The notes beneath the pieces are model-generated. The model saw nothing but the letters and a program-made list of their open reading frames with translations. It did not search any database and was not told the DNA's origin. A stretch of DNA of 63,500 bases, filler included, from Globobulimina sp. (taxonomy: Eukaryota), in the NCBI GenBank assembly GCA_003354225.1. It is 39 parts of 39 records of this genome, joined end to end, with 100 filler letters (N's around TTAATTAATTAA, not from the genome) between each part and the next. Parts side by side here need not be neighbours in the genome. Positions count along the whole stretch, not along the records: positions 48,931 to 50,460 come from PIVH01015239.1; positions 50,561 to 52,090 come from PIVH01015240.1; positions 52,191 to 53,720 come from PIVH01015241.1; positions 53,821 to 55,350 come from PIVH01015242.1; positions 55,451 to 56,980 come from PIVH01015243.1; positions 57,081 to 58,610 come from PIVH01015244.1; positions 58,711 to 60,240 come from PIVH01015245.1; positions 60,341 to 61,870 come from PIVH01015246.1; 31 more parts are not named here. One strand, written 5' to 3'. This document shows, in pieces, positions 48,933 to 61,590 of this stretch; the stretch's first letter is position 1; each line of letters starts with the position of its first letter. The translations under genes and the position numbers were made by a program.

Positions 48933-50243
48933 CTGTCGTCGATGGAGATAGCAAGATCTAGCCCCTCTTGTATTGTTCATCCAAAATATAACATGTTGTA
49001 TGTCATTGGAGGTCGAGGTATTGATGATACGGTTGCTTTGAAATCCATTGAAAGGATACATGTGACTGATATTGCAAACAGGAATTGGCAACCTGTGGAT
49101 GATATGCCTCAACGTTGGAGACTGCAGAGATCAGTCATTTACTATGACAGTATACTTATTTTTGGCGGACAAAATGAGGCTGGCACATTAAACGACGATG
49201 TTTATAGTATTGATATGGACACAAATAGTGTGTCGACTGTTGGTTCATTAGATTATGGCATGGCCGGACCAGCCGCTATTTTTATAACTGACCATATATA
49301 TTTGTTTGGAGGAGGTGTTTGGCCTGCAACTGGTACCGATAAATGGCAATATTTAGTGGTTGGTACTTTATCACCAACCTCGGGACCCACAGAGGCACCA
49401 ATATCAAATCCGACAATGTATCCAACCATAACACCCAGTAATAATCCATCGAAAACACCTACAGAATTCCCATCGGAAACACCATCAAAATCCCCATCGG
49501 AAACACCAATATCATCTCCCACCAATTCACAAACAACAACGGTAACACCTACAGAATTCCCATCGGAAACACCATCAGAATCCCCAACAAAATCACCATC
49601 AAAACCACCGTCAACCACACCGACGCAACATCCAACAAAGTCCCCCACATCAATACCAACATCAATACCAAGTATGAGTCCATTGGGAGCTCGAGATGGT
49701 ACATCTGGGGAACAAGGAATTGAAACAACGCTTTCAGCGCCAGGTAGTAGCACTAATGTTGGGGCAAAAAGCGATAGTGATAGACTACGGACTGTTATAT
49801 TGCTATTAATATTTGGATCGGTAATCGGAGCGCTGTTTGGCCTTATTTTCTGTTTATGTGTCGCATTGGTGTATAAATATAGAAACGCACAAAAAAGAAT
49901 GAGTCATATTTCACAAAAACGGATTATTCAAAATGACAATACGTTTACGCAACAGAATATTGAATTGCATTCTTATGAAAAGGATGGAAATGCAATTGAT
50001 GAGGATTTTATCGATGAATTTATGATCGTTGACGCTGATGGTAACTTTAAAACAAAAGCAGGTGAGTCAGGACTGTGTGTAGTGGATAATGAGGGTGATC
50101 ATGATATAGATGATGTGAATGGAAATATGGAAAAATCAGGTGCGAATACCGCAGGGTTTAAGGAATCATTGGTGAATAAAGCATTGGGAAGTGATTTATT
50201 GATGAATGATATTGTTGCCGATATGGCAGCAACCCCAAATTAA
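48933..50243 (+). CDS. Kelch-repeat type I membrane protein with Pro/Thr/Ser stalk (5' partial)
   Basis: LYVIGG, ILIFGG, IYLFGG repeats; (T/S)xxP repeats; one TM helix. Confidence 0.85.
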   Translation: MSSMEIARSSPSCIVHPKYNMLYVIGGRGIDDTVALKSIERIHVTDIANRNWQPVDDMPQRWRLQRSVIYYDSILIFGGQNEAGTLNDDVYSIDMDTNSVSTVGSLDYGMAGPAAIFITDHIYLFGGGVWPATGTDKWQYLVVGTLSPTSGPTEAPISNPTMYPTITPSNNPSKTPTEFPSETPSKSPSETPISSPTNSQTTTVTPTEFPSETPSESPTKSPSKPPSTTPTQHPTKSPTSIPTSIPSMSPLGARDGTSGEQGIETTLSAPGSSTNVGAKSDSDRLRTVILLLIFGSVIGALFGLIFCLCVALVYKYRNAQKRMSHISQKRIIQNDNTFTQQNIELHSYEKDGNAIDEDFIDEFMIVDADGNFKTKAGESGLCVVDNEGDHDIDDVNGNMEKSGANTAGFKESLVNKALGSDLLMNDIVADMAATPN

Positions 50244-50560
50244 CAAATAATTAATGATTATAATAGATGCATATTACTAATGTATGATAATGTAAATAGT
50301 CTTTGGGTGTCACGATGTCATGTTTCATCTCCTTAAATGAAATAGACAAATATAAAAAACAAATCCATGTCTTCTGTAGTAGCAAAACAAATATTTTCTA
50401 GAACCTGGCATTAATTGGGATTTCCCACCTGTTTCGCAGCCAATTTCTGAAAATCCAGTTNNNNNNNNNNNNNNNNNNNNNNNNNNNNNNNNNNNNNNNN
50501 NNNNTTAATTAATTAANNNNNNNNNNNNNNNNNNNNNNNNNNNNNNNNNNNNNNNNNNNN

Positions 50561-51017
50561 TTGCACCATTTTCATATTCTAAATAATTTATCCACGAATA
50601 TAAATCACTATTTTGCATTGCTTTTTTGATGTCATTTGTATTTGGAATATCAACCCATGCGGCATTTTTTGTTACTTCCTCTTCTTTATATTCTTTGTCA
50701 TTTACCATTGGTTCTGCATAATAAATCACTCGCATATTGGCAGAATATCCATTATTTTCCGTATGTTCAATGCGCAAAATACCGCAAACCTCTACATCAA
50801 ACCCACATTTTTCTTTCATTTTGTCCAATACAGTGCCATCTTCCTTGTATTGGGTATATTGATCACTATGCGACAAATGAAATGATGGTACATCGCCATT
50901 TAAAGACAAATATTTATGATTTTTATTTTTGCATAATATCATTGCAACGTTAGTTGTTGGACATCCTACACTTCTGCTATATTGTTGTCGCTTCTTTGCA
51001 TGCTCTGATTGTGCCAT
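50561..51017 (-). CDS. Divergent NUDIX-fold protein (3' partial)
   Basis: MKEKCGFDVEVCGILRIEH...MRVIYYAEP...AAWV resembles NUDT18-like proteins; Nudix box degenerate. Confidence 0.5.
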
Positions 51018-51308
51018 GTCAGAGTAAACAAAAAAAACTGATTGAACTTGGACAAAAAACAGTTTTCTTGCAGAGATTAATTTACAAGATTTCCGAATAC
51101 AAAAACTATGCTTAAAGCAGTAGTTTTGACTTAGAAGAAGCATAAAGTGCAAGGATAGCTATATAATTTCACTGTATTATGGAGGATAGTAATAAATATT
51201 TGTGCACCTCATTTCTTATACTAGTACATATTAACACAAATAAAATAGAGAAACGAACAGTCATTTATAGTAATATGAAAAAATGACGTACAATTAAATT
51301 TTAATGTT

Positions 51309-51626
51309 TTACCAGTTTCTAGCAGTGGTGTTTTCATCTTGATAGCGATACGAAGGATATGTAATGGTATCCCATTTATACCATAAAATGAGACCAAACA
51401 TTTGATACTGAATCACCAACACCAAAATTAATAATCCTTTGCAAGGAAACCATTTCATGCCACCATAAGAATGAGGCATTCCAATTTTGGTTGGCGGGCC
51501 GTGAGCAAATCTACGAAGTGGGGAAAAACATAATGTTGGTTTCGTCAAACTATTTTGTACAAATGATGGACGTGTTATCAATCTATTACCATACGATAAA
51601 CGCGATAGTCTTGAAATTAACGACAT
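51309..51626 (-). CDS. Small single-TM protein with mitochondrial presequence
   Basis: MSLISRLSRL...PLRRF|AHG; one TM segment. Confidence 0.6.
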   Translation of the reverse strand: MSLISRLSRLSYGNRLITRPSFVQNSLTKPTLCFSPLRRFAHGPPTKIGMPHSYGGMKWFPCKGLLILVLVIQYQMFGLILWYKWDTITYPSYRYQDENTTARNW

Positions 51627-52391
51627 TCTCTATATATATATATAACATATAAATCATTTTTGCATTCATGTTCACGTTAATTGTCGCAAATTCGCAACTG
51701 ATAAAAACAAATTTGTGTATTTGAAAGACTTACTATCTGTAATGAGCGATAAATGGATGTAAATTCTTCCTCTTTATTTGAGAATAAACCACAGCAATGC
51801 TAAGCTGGAGTATTGAATGGAAAAAACCTTTTACTGTAAAAAAAAGGTTCCTTTTATATTTAATGTCTAGCAAACGCAGTTTGGATCAGTTGGAAGATAA
51901 AGTTAGGGCTTTGCTACAAACTGAGTTTCGTAATTGTTTGCCTCACATTTTTGTTGACGCCATATGTTGTATTTTATGATGATAGTAAAAATGATCGAGA
52001 ACAATGTGTAAATATATTAATCATAATACTGGAAAACGTAATACATTCTCCAACAAATAAAGTAAAACAAGCTATAAATGCTGGAAGAATNNNNNNNNNN
52101 NNNNNNNNNNNNNNNNNNNNNNNNNNNNNNNNNNTTAATTAATTAANNNNNNNNNNNNNNNNNNNNNNNNNNNNNNNNNNNNNNNNNNNNTTTGTTTTAG
52201 TACTGTTATCCTGCCACAATGAGGAATCAGATCATGAGGTCATCTTTTTCTTTTATTCGATCGTCTCAACCAATCAAACATGTAAGTACTGTACATGTAA
52301 GTACTGTACATGAAAAGTTGCATTTTAAAACTCGACATCATGACTGTCGTAGATATGTTTTGAATTACAAGGTTGTCAAAAAATTGGAAAA

Positions 52392-52745
52392 TTGTTAGTA
52401 CCATCGATCATTTTGCAAGAAGCAAAAAGTCAAATGGTGCTGATATATAATTTATTAATATATAAAGTTTTCCGGATGTTCAAGGATGCATATTATAGTC
52501 AATATGATATGGATGACGGAACAGTTGATTGCGGATGGATGATTCTTTATAATATTGTATTGTTTATTATTCAGATTTTTTTATCCATTCTGGCAATAAT
52601 AAGTGATATTGTTTTCTGTTTATTAATTCTGGTGTTTGATACAATATTTTTCATTTTATATACGATCGCTAATTGTCTGTCATGTGGAATGTTTAAAGAC
52701 ATGAAAGAACATTTTATTTTGCCAAGTTTGGATGATAAGTGGTGA
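52392..52745 (+). CDS. Small hydrophobic hypothetical protein
   Basis: ORF with long hydrophobic stretch; start uncertain. Confidence 0.35.
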   Translation: MLVPSIILQEAKSQMVLIYNLLIYKVFRMFKDAYYSQYDMDDGTVDCGWMILYNIVLFIIQIFLSILAIISDIVFCLLILVFDTIFFILYTIANCLSCGMFKDMKEHFILPSLDDKW

Positions 52746-53214
52746 TATGGAAACAAAATGTTGATTGATGACGTTTACTGTCTCAAATGTCTTCAAAATT
52801 CTCACAAATATAACGCATTTTCTGCCATTTTTATATACAAATCCATTGTTGTACTTTTTTAATATTGTTGTATCCTCGCACTCAGTGTACAATGTGCGAG
52901 GATAGAAAAAATAGAACACTTATGGAGAAATGACCGCATGCTCTTACAAGCATATTGTTCTGTGAACAGAATAAAGAGCCATGTTTTGCTAACAAATTTT
53001 TCATTTCCCAACATATATTCCTTCACTCAGTATACAATAAAAAGTTGCCAAATCTCTATCAATGGAAGATTTTAAATTTTGTGACATGTTGGATCTAAGC
53101 AGAAGTGTTTTTTCCCTAGTACTAGTAGCTAATAATAATGTAATTTCTGATGTTGTAGGTTTGCAACTGGATATAAATCATATAATAATATTGCGTATAT
53201 AAAGGTAGGCAAAG

Positions 53215-53720
53215 ATGTTTACTCGTGCTAAGCTTATATATTCCACTATCGGCGTCATCTCAGCTTTGGCGTTTGGCATAGTGTCTAGGATACCATTGAC
53301 ACTTTCTGTAACTGGCACAGACATCAAACATCGTGACCAAAATAATAATTCAATATTATTGGACGAGAATGATGTAAGTGATCGCAATGAGAACAATGAT
53401 AATGATGTTGATCTTGAAGATATAACCGTGATTACAGATTCTTCAGATATGGAATTCCAACTTAACGAAATTTATCCAAAGCTTTATACCGGAACATTCA
53501 GATCAAATATATTGACATATATAATGAATCAACATAAAGATAAAACAATGAAAGAAATAGTTGTGGATTTATATAACAATAATCCAGAATCTATAATAGA
53601 ATTCTTATTAATATCTGGTGGAGCTGTTGGGTCTGTGTTAGGTTTTTATTTTGCAAAGCAAAGAGTAAGAAATAGATGGTTTGAAAGAAATTTCTATAAC
53701 ACAGTTAATATATCACTCAA
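53215..53720 (+). CDS. DUF1294-like membrane protein (3' partial)
   Basis: NILTYI...DK...PESIIEFLLISGGAVGSVLG...WF pattern. Confidence 0.5.
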
Positions 53721-53821
53721 NNNNNNNNNNNNNNNNNNNNNNNNNNNNNNNNNNNNNNNNNNNNTTAATTAATTAANNNNNNNNNNNNNNNNNNNNNNNN
53801 NNNNNNNNNNNNNNNNNNNNA

Positions 53822-55350
53822 CATAACGAAGGTCCCACTTATGATTATTTGATGGAACACCCACCCAACGACCGGATATTGCCGGTGTTGGAAAAGGTGG
53901 TGGACCAATTAAAATATCCAGGTTTGGATAGTCAGAAAAATAAACGCAGTGTAAAGACATATGAGGCAGAAATTGATACGTTTTTCAAGCAACAGACACC
54001 GGATTATGATTATATTCTGGATGAAAATTGTGAGTTGAAGAAAACGTGTGTTTTATTCAAGAAAAACACCAATGATGCAAACTTTAACACATTTGAATTA
54101 ATGATACCCATTTTAGACATTTATGATCGGATTTTGTATGCGAATAAATGGAATATAACGCAGCCGAAACAGATTACGGATACGAGGGATATCGATGGGG
54201 TCAAACATCATTTTGCGCGGAAATTAGATGAGGAGGATTATAACGCATTAAATGCGACGATGGGTAGTTTCAAGGAGGAAAAACAATCGTTTTTTAAGCG
54301 ATTGCATGATCCAACACAGGAACACAAAATAAATGGCAATGTGCGTGATTTCCAGTTGATTTCATTGAGTTTTATATTGTTTGTCAAAGCGTTTATGTGT
54401 GAGACTGGTAATTGTTTGGAGAGAGGCTATCATTCGTACAAAGCGCCCAGGCGACAGAGAAGAAGTGCAAATAAAGGATTTGTGCCGGTGGTGGAGAGTT
54501 TGATGCGTATTAAAAAAGATAGAGAAAAAAAAGAAAACGTTTTTGTGGATGATGGTGATATATTTTTCCATAATGATAACATGCCGTTGCAATTTGATTT
54601 GTGTATCATTGTGAAAGGTGATAATGGACATAAATATTATGCAAATTATGGATTGGAGCAAAAGCAAAATAAAAATGCTTTTGTGATCGAATCGGCGACT
54701 TTTCAGACTCCGACGGACCGTGATAGTGTTTATAAATTATACGGAGACTTTGTCAAAGTATTTCGACGCGTGATTCGCAGTAATAATATTGAGTCGGTGG
54801 GCAAAAAAATACACATACGAAAGGATGATAGATTTTGTATTGTGATGGATGAAAATGTGCAGAAATTTTATATGTATCCACCGCATTTCAAGAAAAATGG
54901 CAAAATTACACATAAAAGACATAAGAATGTAAATAATGTAAATAAAATTTATAAAAAGGAGGAGAAGAGTGTGGATAATGATGATAACGATATAGATAAC
55001 AAATTTAGTTTGATCCCAATGGAATATAATGACATTACCAATTTTTATTTGACTTCAAAATGTTTGATACCGTCGAAAACGACGGGTGAATATTATGGAA
55101 TGGAGGGCAGCGATATAAACTTTGTATTTTCTGCACATTTTCATCAACAGCGACAATGGCACAGACATCCAAAATTGAGATTTTATCAGTATTTTAATGG
55201 CGGTGCCTTACGCTTTTTATATAAAGCTGACAAAATTAACAATTATGAATGTGACAAGGATTTAATTCATATATGGCCGAAATTTTTTGTCCATAATACA
55301 GGCATCGACGAGAAGTTTATCGCAGATTGTGAGATATTTGATGGTGTGAT
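53822..55350 (+). CDS. Hypothetical protein, partial both ends
   Basis: ~510-codon open frame; no domain recognised. Confidence 0.7.
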
Positions 55351-55536
55351 NNNNNNNNNNNNNNNNNNNNNNNNNNNNNNNNNNNNNNNNNNNNTTAATT
55401 AATTAANNNNNNNNNNNNNNNNNNNNNNNNNNNNNNNNNNNNNNNNNNNNGAGATATAGATCAACACCTTCGTGAATACAATAAATTCTGCGAAAGTCGT
55501 CGAAAGAAATAAATATACTAAACGTCTATAGCAGCG

Positions 55537-56980
55537 ATGAGTTGGTTTAAGGTAAAGGCATTAAATCAAGTAAGAAGAATTAGATTCAGTCCCGAATCAA
55601 TGAATGATTTCGAAGCATTTAAAGATCAAATCATTAATAAATTCGAGTTCGCCGTAGTTCTTCGGCTCGAATATGTAATGAATGGAGACAATGATCATAT
55701 TATCATTGACAATCAAGAGGATTTTGCAGAGTTGCAAGACGCTGTAATAATAATTGATCATTTCGTCGTAAATCGTGAAGATGAAGAAGATTTGGTGGTT
55801 GCTCCTGTTCCGAATGAACAGAATCGAAATCGAAATGAGCCGAATCAACCAAATCGCAATCCGATGAGTAACACCTTGGCCAAATTGGCCATAACAGGAA
55901 TTCCGTTCAAGTTTAAAGGTGCAGATGATGAGAATATTAATCATTTTAAATTAAATTTGATCAAATACTGCGATAATAATGGTATTAGCGATGCAGTATT
56001 AATCAAATTGATATTAAATGGCAAAGTTTTAGGTGACGCTGCCTATATATTTATGCAACAATGTGATTTAGATTTTGCGCAAGCAGAGGATGAAGCAGCC
56101 AAATTAATTTTGATTTGGAATGCGTTGCAGAAACGTTATGGAAAATTAAATCAAGTGATCCATTATAAACGTAAATTGCAAAGAATTAAACAGGGATCGT
56201 TCACTTTAAAAAGACATTTAGAGCGATTTAAAGCGATTTTGCGTGATCTCACCATTGAGATTATGATACAGCGAGAAAATGGTTATACTTATCAGAATAT
56301 TGATGTGTATGAAGCGGCTGAATGCTTTATTAAGGGCTTAAAAAAGGAAGTTAGAGCCAGTATTATTGGCAAAGCCCTGCAGATTCATGCAACGCCCGCT
56401 ATCAATATGGAACAATTAGAGTCTATTTTAAATATATTCATTGAACAAGAAAATTATTTGAATGCAGTAGCTTCGCCGCAGACGAAATTAGGTATCAATA
56501 ATATTAATGTCATTGAACCGAATCAAGAGATCAATGAAGTGTAGTATGAGATAAATGCATTAAACCATCGGTTACGTGGTCGTTTCCAAGGTCCGAGGGA
56601 CGAAAAGAAGGAGCGATCGAATTATAAACCCAAATGCAAGCATGGTAAGCATTGTCGCTATGGTTTAGAATGTAAATTCTTTCATTTTAATGATCATATT
56701 AAGCATTTTAAAGAAAGGAAGAATAGCGGACTTGGTAAGAATGACAGGTTTGGTCGTAACGACGATAGGTTTGGTCGTAATGACAGAAACGACAGAAACA
56801 ACCGAAACAATTTTAGGCGAGATGGCAGAGTAAATAATATTGACGCTGTGCATGGCATAAATACCATACAAACACATACCGTCCAATCTCATCAAGAATC
56901 AGCTCCGTCATCACCCCAAGAAACAGAAGTAAAGCAAGTTGGTGATCCGTTTGCGATCAATACAGATACAGATTGCGACA
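55537..56980 (+). mobile_element. Retrotransposon Gag-like ORF: PB1-like N-terminus, capsid domain, in-frame TAG (56542-56544), CCCH finger (3' partial)
   Basis: FKG..DENINHF, LGDAAY, WNALQKRY, LQRIKQG..TL..H..RF, FIKGLKKEVR; frame stays open after the TAG to the contig edge. Confidence 0.75.
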
Positions 56981-57470
56981 NNNNNNNNNNNNNNNNNNNN
57001 NNNNNNNNNNNNNNNNNNNNNNNNTTAATTAATTAANNNNNNNNNNNNNNNNNNNNNNNNNNNNNNNNNNNNNNNNNNNNGTAATCAATTGATGGACAAT
57101 CGTATGCTGCTTCGCATAGCGATAGACTTAATGCCAATAATACCCATGGCGACGATGTACTTTTCATCGATCGATCTATATATTTCATTGTTTCAATGTC
57201 GCTAGCTTAAACTGACAAAAATGTGCAAGGATATGACTTTTATATGATATGAATAATTATGTGTACATGTCCATTGTGTCGATGCGATTTTGCGTACAAA
57301 CTTCAATATGTCACATAATATGACTTAACTTGAATGAATCTAATATGGGATGAGTGATTGGTAAAATCTGCTAAAAGTGGTATGGTTGCGAATGAAAATG
57401 AATAAAGGTAAAGTTTTGCAATCCAGAAAACAGTAAAAACAAAAGAAATTGATCGACCATAAAATCAAAA

Positions 57471-58339
57471 ATGACTGCTCTGAGAGCACCAAAAGAAGAG
57501 ATAAATACTAGTAGTGTGAATTGGGAATGTCAAGTAACAGATACAAAGTGGATGACATATCCAAAAAGTATCTCCTTATTAATTGAAAGACAACAACAAA
57601 ATTCTAAAAACACACCAATATTTTATCAATTGAGTAATGGCAATAAATTTAAGATAACTGTATCTAATTCGTTGCAATTTGATTTACAAAATAATTGTGT
57701 CGCAATGATCCGAAGTTCAAATAAATCTGAAACAAAAATATTAGAATATAATAAATGTCCACAATGTTTATTTAAAATAGCGGCAAATGATAAAATATGT
57801 AATATTTGTAATATTAATGTTGATGAATATTTGTTGAAACACCCAACAAATCACAACAGAAACACCCAACAAATACAAATAGAAAAAGAAGAACAGGAAG
57901 AACCGCAGCAACCTATACAAATTGAGGAAGAAAAGGAAGAGAAAGCAGCTGCAGAAGAGTTAAACAAAACTGTTTATTAATTATATTTTGTGTTAAAATG
58001 TATTGTTTTGAAAGGAAGCAATTATTTTGTCCAAATTGTAAAGTAAAGAATAAAAATAAGTTTAATTTTTGTGTTGGTTGTGGCTTTGACTTAAAACGTG
58101 GAGAAGCACTCAAACAAAACAATAATAATAATAATGAGGAAAAAGAAAACGATGATACTGATATGAGACAACCTGGCTCACAAAATAATTATAATGATAA
58201 TGATAAGAATAAGGATAATAATGATCAGGCAGATAATAAAATATTTGCTGATGGTGAGGATGAGGATGGTGAGGATGAGGATGGTGACATTGAAATAAAT
58301 GAGCCGGAAGGTCCAGGCCCAGGACATATTAAAACATGA
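57471..58339 (+). CDS. WWE-domain + zinc-ribbon protein (intron 57959-58014)
   Basis: WECQ...KWMTYP..IS.LIE (WWE); CPQC..CNIC and CPNC..CVGC. Confidence 0.7.
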
Positions 58340-58481
58340 AAAAATAGTAATGACTGAGCAAGCTTACATTTGCACAGATTGGCATTAAACAAATATTTCT
58401 GTCATTGTTTCTTGTCAAATTATAATTTATTGTGCAAGGATATACTAGTAATGTTTTTATTATTCACCAACTGAACTCAAG

Positions 58482-58610
58482 ATGTCGTCAGTGAAGAATA
58501 CTGACATTGGACTGGGTGATTGGGTTCTTTTATCACATAAGAAGCACAAGGAAGGAATTGTTTTGTATATTGGAGACGTATCCACAGCAAAAGGTCTTCA
58601 ATATGCCTAT
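58482..58610 (+). CDS. Start of CAP-Gly-like domain protein
   Basis: MSSVKNTDIGLGDWVLLSHKKHKEGIVLYIGDVSTAKG. Confidence 0.5.
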
Positions 58611-58711
58611 NNNNNNNNNNNNNNNNNNNNNNNNNNNNNNNNNNNNNNNNNNNNTTAATTAATTAANNNNNNNNNNNNNNNNNNNNNNNNNNNNNNNNNN
58701 NNNNNNNNNNA

Positions 58712-60115
58712 ATTAAGGATTATGAGCGAGGAAAAAAGATTGTAAACAATAATAAAATGTATATTAATGCGAATAATATTAAATATAATAATTTGTTGAT
58801 TAATTTTTATGGTAAATGTGGTGATATTACCAATGCATTGAATGTTTTTAATAATTTGATCAAATCCGAAATGGAAACAAGTGTTTCTATTTGTAATATA
58901 ATGTTTGTTCTTCTTCATAATCAATATCATAAATATACCATTCGTATTTATCATAAATATCACAAAGATAACAATTATATTATCGATATATTGGCAATGA
59001 AAGCGTTTCTAAATTGCAATGGATTGGAATCCGCCAAACGTATTGAAAATAAATTACTATTATCCTCAGATAATGCAGAAATAATGAGTCGTTTAATTGA
59101 TTTATATGCATTTTATTCAGATATTAAATCCGCACAAAACATATTTAATAATATTAAAATAACAAATATTGCAATTAAATGTTGTTATAATATGATGAAA
59201 TTATATATGTCTGTCGATAAAAACGTGGATGCATTGCATATTTATGATAGATTCCACAAACACAACACTCATTTTTCCCATATATTAGCCATCAAAATAT
59301 GCACAAAAATGAGTGACTTCGAGCGAGGCAAAAAATATATTTATCATAACATTAAACGCAAAAATAATATTCAACTTTTAAACACATTGATTAATTTCTA
59401 TGCAAATGAGTTAAACATTGCGAAAGCATTGGAAATATTTAATTGCATTGAAGAGAATTCAAAAACCATTGTGACTATAAATGCAATGATGGAGACATAT
59501 TATTTGAATGAAATGTATACGGAATGTTTGGATTTGTTTACAAAATATTCAGTTAAATTGAAAGCAGATGCAATAACATACGCCATTTTATTTGAAGCTT
59601 GCGCGAATGGCACAAAATATGCATTTGGAGAAAATATTCATCATAAATTAATTGAAGAAAGAGATGAGATCATATTGAATGATATCGTGGTGATCAGTAA
59701 TTTAATAAATATGTACTCGAAATGCGGATATTTGCAGATTTGTGTAGACATATTTGAAAATTCTAAATATAAAAACGATATTTTAATTTACAATGCGATT
59801 TTAAATGCATATGCGAAAAATGGTGATTTTGAACCTATACAGAGATTAATGCTTGAAATATTGGACAATGACACGGATTTAAAAGCAAATATAAAAACAT
59901 ATTGCATATTTATAAATGCCTGCAGTCATTGCAAAAATATGGCGCAAGCAAAAGATACCTGGAATAATATTAATGATCATAAAATTAAATATGATCAGAA
60001 TGTAATTTCATGTTTGATTGATTGCTTGACCAGGAATGATGAAATAAACATGGCGACTGACCTCATGATTCACTATCAGCAAATGAGAAATAATAAAATG
60101 TTAAAACTAGAATAA
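58712..60115 (+). CDS. Pentatricopeptide-repeat protein, PLS-like (5' partial)
   Basis: NLLINFYGKCGDITNALNVF, TINAMMETY, ADAITYAILFEAC, NLINMYSKCG, YNAILNAYAKNG, FINACSH. Confidence 0.88.
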   Translation: MKDYERGKKIVNNNKMYINANNIKYNNLLINFYGKCGDITNALNVFNNLIKSEMETSVSICNIMFVLLHNQYHKYTIRIYHKYHKDNNYIIDILAMKAFLNCNGLESAKRIENKLLLSSDNAEIMSRLIDLYAFYSDIKSAQNIFNNIKITNIAIKCCYNMMKLYMSVDKNVDALHIYDRFHKHNTHFSHILAIKICTKMSDFERGKKYIYHNIKRKNNIQLLNTLINFYANELNIAKALEIFNCIEENSKTIVTINAMMETYYLNEMYTECLDLFTKYSVKLKADAITYAILFEACANGTKYAFGENIHHKLIEERDEIILNDIVVISNLINMYSKCGYLQICVDIFENSKYKNDILIYNAILNAYAKNGDFEPIQRLMLEILDNDTDLKANIKTYCIFINACSHCKNMAQAKDTWNNINDHKIKYDQNVISCLIDCLTRNDEINMATDLMIHYQQMRNNKMLKLE

Positions 60116-60146
60116 ATAATACTAAAAAACTTTAGCTGAAATCACA

Positions 60147-60240
60147 ATGCAAGCGCTAATACTTTTATCTCTACTACAAATATCATCAGCCACGTGGCGC
60201 GATCCCGTGCAAATCAGTTGGAACGGTGAAGGAATGAAAA
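60147..60240 (+). CDS. Start of putative secreted protein
   Basis: MQALILLSLLQISSA|TWRDP signal-peptide-like; open to contig edge. Confidence 0.4.
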
Positions 60241-60340
60241 NNNNNNNNNNNNNNNNNNNNNNNNNNNNNNNNNNNNNNNNNNNNTTAATTAATTAANNNN
60301 NNNNNNNNNNNNNNNNNNNNNNNNNNNNNNNNNNNNNNNN

Positions 60341-60707
60341 ATAGCGATGCGATGTGAGATAAAGTTAATGTATTCACGAGTTGATTTGGTTGGTAATGGA
60401 ATATCAGTTAAATCTGTAAATGCTGGATTGGAAAAAAAACAATCTTAAAAACCACACTCTAAAAAAATAAACTTAAAAAGTAATAATATCTCATCATATC
60501 ATATCTTATCTTATTTTCTTGGTTTGATCTTACATTGAAACCATTTGACCGTTCCATAGCCAAATTTTTGGAACTGCTGGATTTTGGAACTGATGGATTT
60601 TGTTGTTTGTATTTCCAACAACCAATTGAATGAATTTTATAAAGAAAATAAGAGGAAACCAATGCTGCGCCAACTATTTTTAGTTTCGTTTTTTGTTCTG
60701 CTGTCAT
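60341..60707 (-). CDS. Hypothetical protein with N-terminal TM (first exon, partial)
   Basis: MTAEQKTKLKIVGAALVSSYFLYK. Confidence 0.35.
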
Positions 60708-60841
60708 CCCATTGACTGCATTTTGCGTAGATTGATAGAATCATTCACTTTGGAAAGCATGGTTGTTTGAGGATTTAGTGTTGCAGTTAATTTATTTTCT
60801 GTGGCGCATATATATCTGTCTCAAGAAGTTTTTATATTAAT

Positions 60842-61590
60842 TTATTCGGAAATAGGATTGAATCTATTCCGCGTTTTAAATTGCTGTGTATTTACGTAAT
60901 AATCATTTTGTGTTTTTTTCATGCTGAAGCATGCTTGACATTGCATGCTCTTTGCAACATTAACTAAATTACACTGAGTGCATAGCCATTTTCTCTTTGC
61001 CATCTCATTATTATTAGCAACACATCCAACTATAATAAACGTATTCATTCCACCCAAAAAAATAGTTTCTATTTTTCTCGCAGTTATTCTCTCAACAGTA
61101 TCATTTATGCGATGTGGCAGTAATATTTCATGTTTATCATCAGCCATTAAACTACATTGTTTATACCAATTATGTCCAAATAAAAAATGTTGTCCCTCTT
61201 CAGTTTTTACATAAGAATGGCACGAACCACATTTGATATCAACAATATTATTTCTTGACAAAGCCTCAATTATTTCTGGAGAGCTGATGCTGATTCTTGT
61301 TCCCTGTCCACATTGACCGAATCCATTGTTGCCCCATGAATAAATTCTATGATTACTGTCAATGCATAAATTGTGGTTCCCTCCACATCGTATTTGCGTT
61401 ACAAATACTTTGCGTGTCACCAAAAACTCAATTGCTTTTGGAAGAAGCTTTCTCGTTTTGCCCCTTTGAATAATCCCCAATTGATGGAAATCATTGCAGC
61501 CACACGCGAATATTTCACCTGCGTCCGACAGAAATAAGGAATGGTACTCACCGCAGGCTATTTGTGTTATTAATTTTGTTGAGTTATAGG
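60842..61590 (-). CDS. RCC1-repeat protein with C-terminal RanBP2-type zinc finger (5' end missing)
   Basis: IACGEYHSL, IRCGGNHNL, YSWGNNGFGQCG, IKCGSCHS; WLCTQCNLVN...CQAC; no ATG or AG acceptor found upstream. Confidence 0.8.

Noticed and set aside
49253-49753. Antisense ORFs over low-complexity coding regions (also 28149-28520, 36463-36702, 5334-5564)
   Set aside because: Shadows of Pro/Thr/Glu-rich codons on the coding strand
51686-51699. GCAAATTCGCAACT shared with 62102-62115 (reverse strand)
   Set aside because: A single 14-bp match is expected by chance in ~60 kb
52278-52312. 15-bp tandem duplication ACATGTAAGTACTGT
   Set aside because: Isolated slippage-type duplication, no further structure
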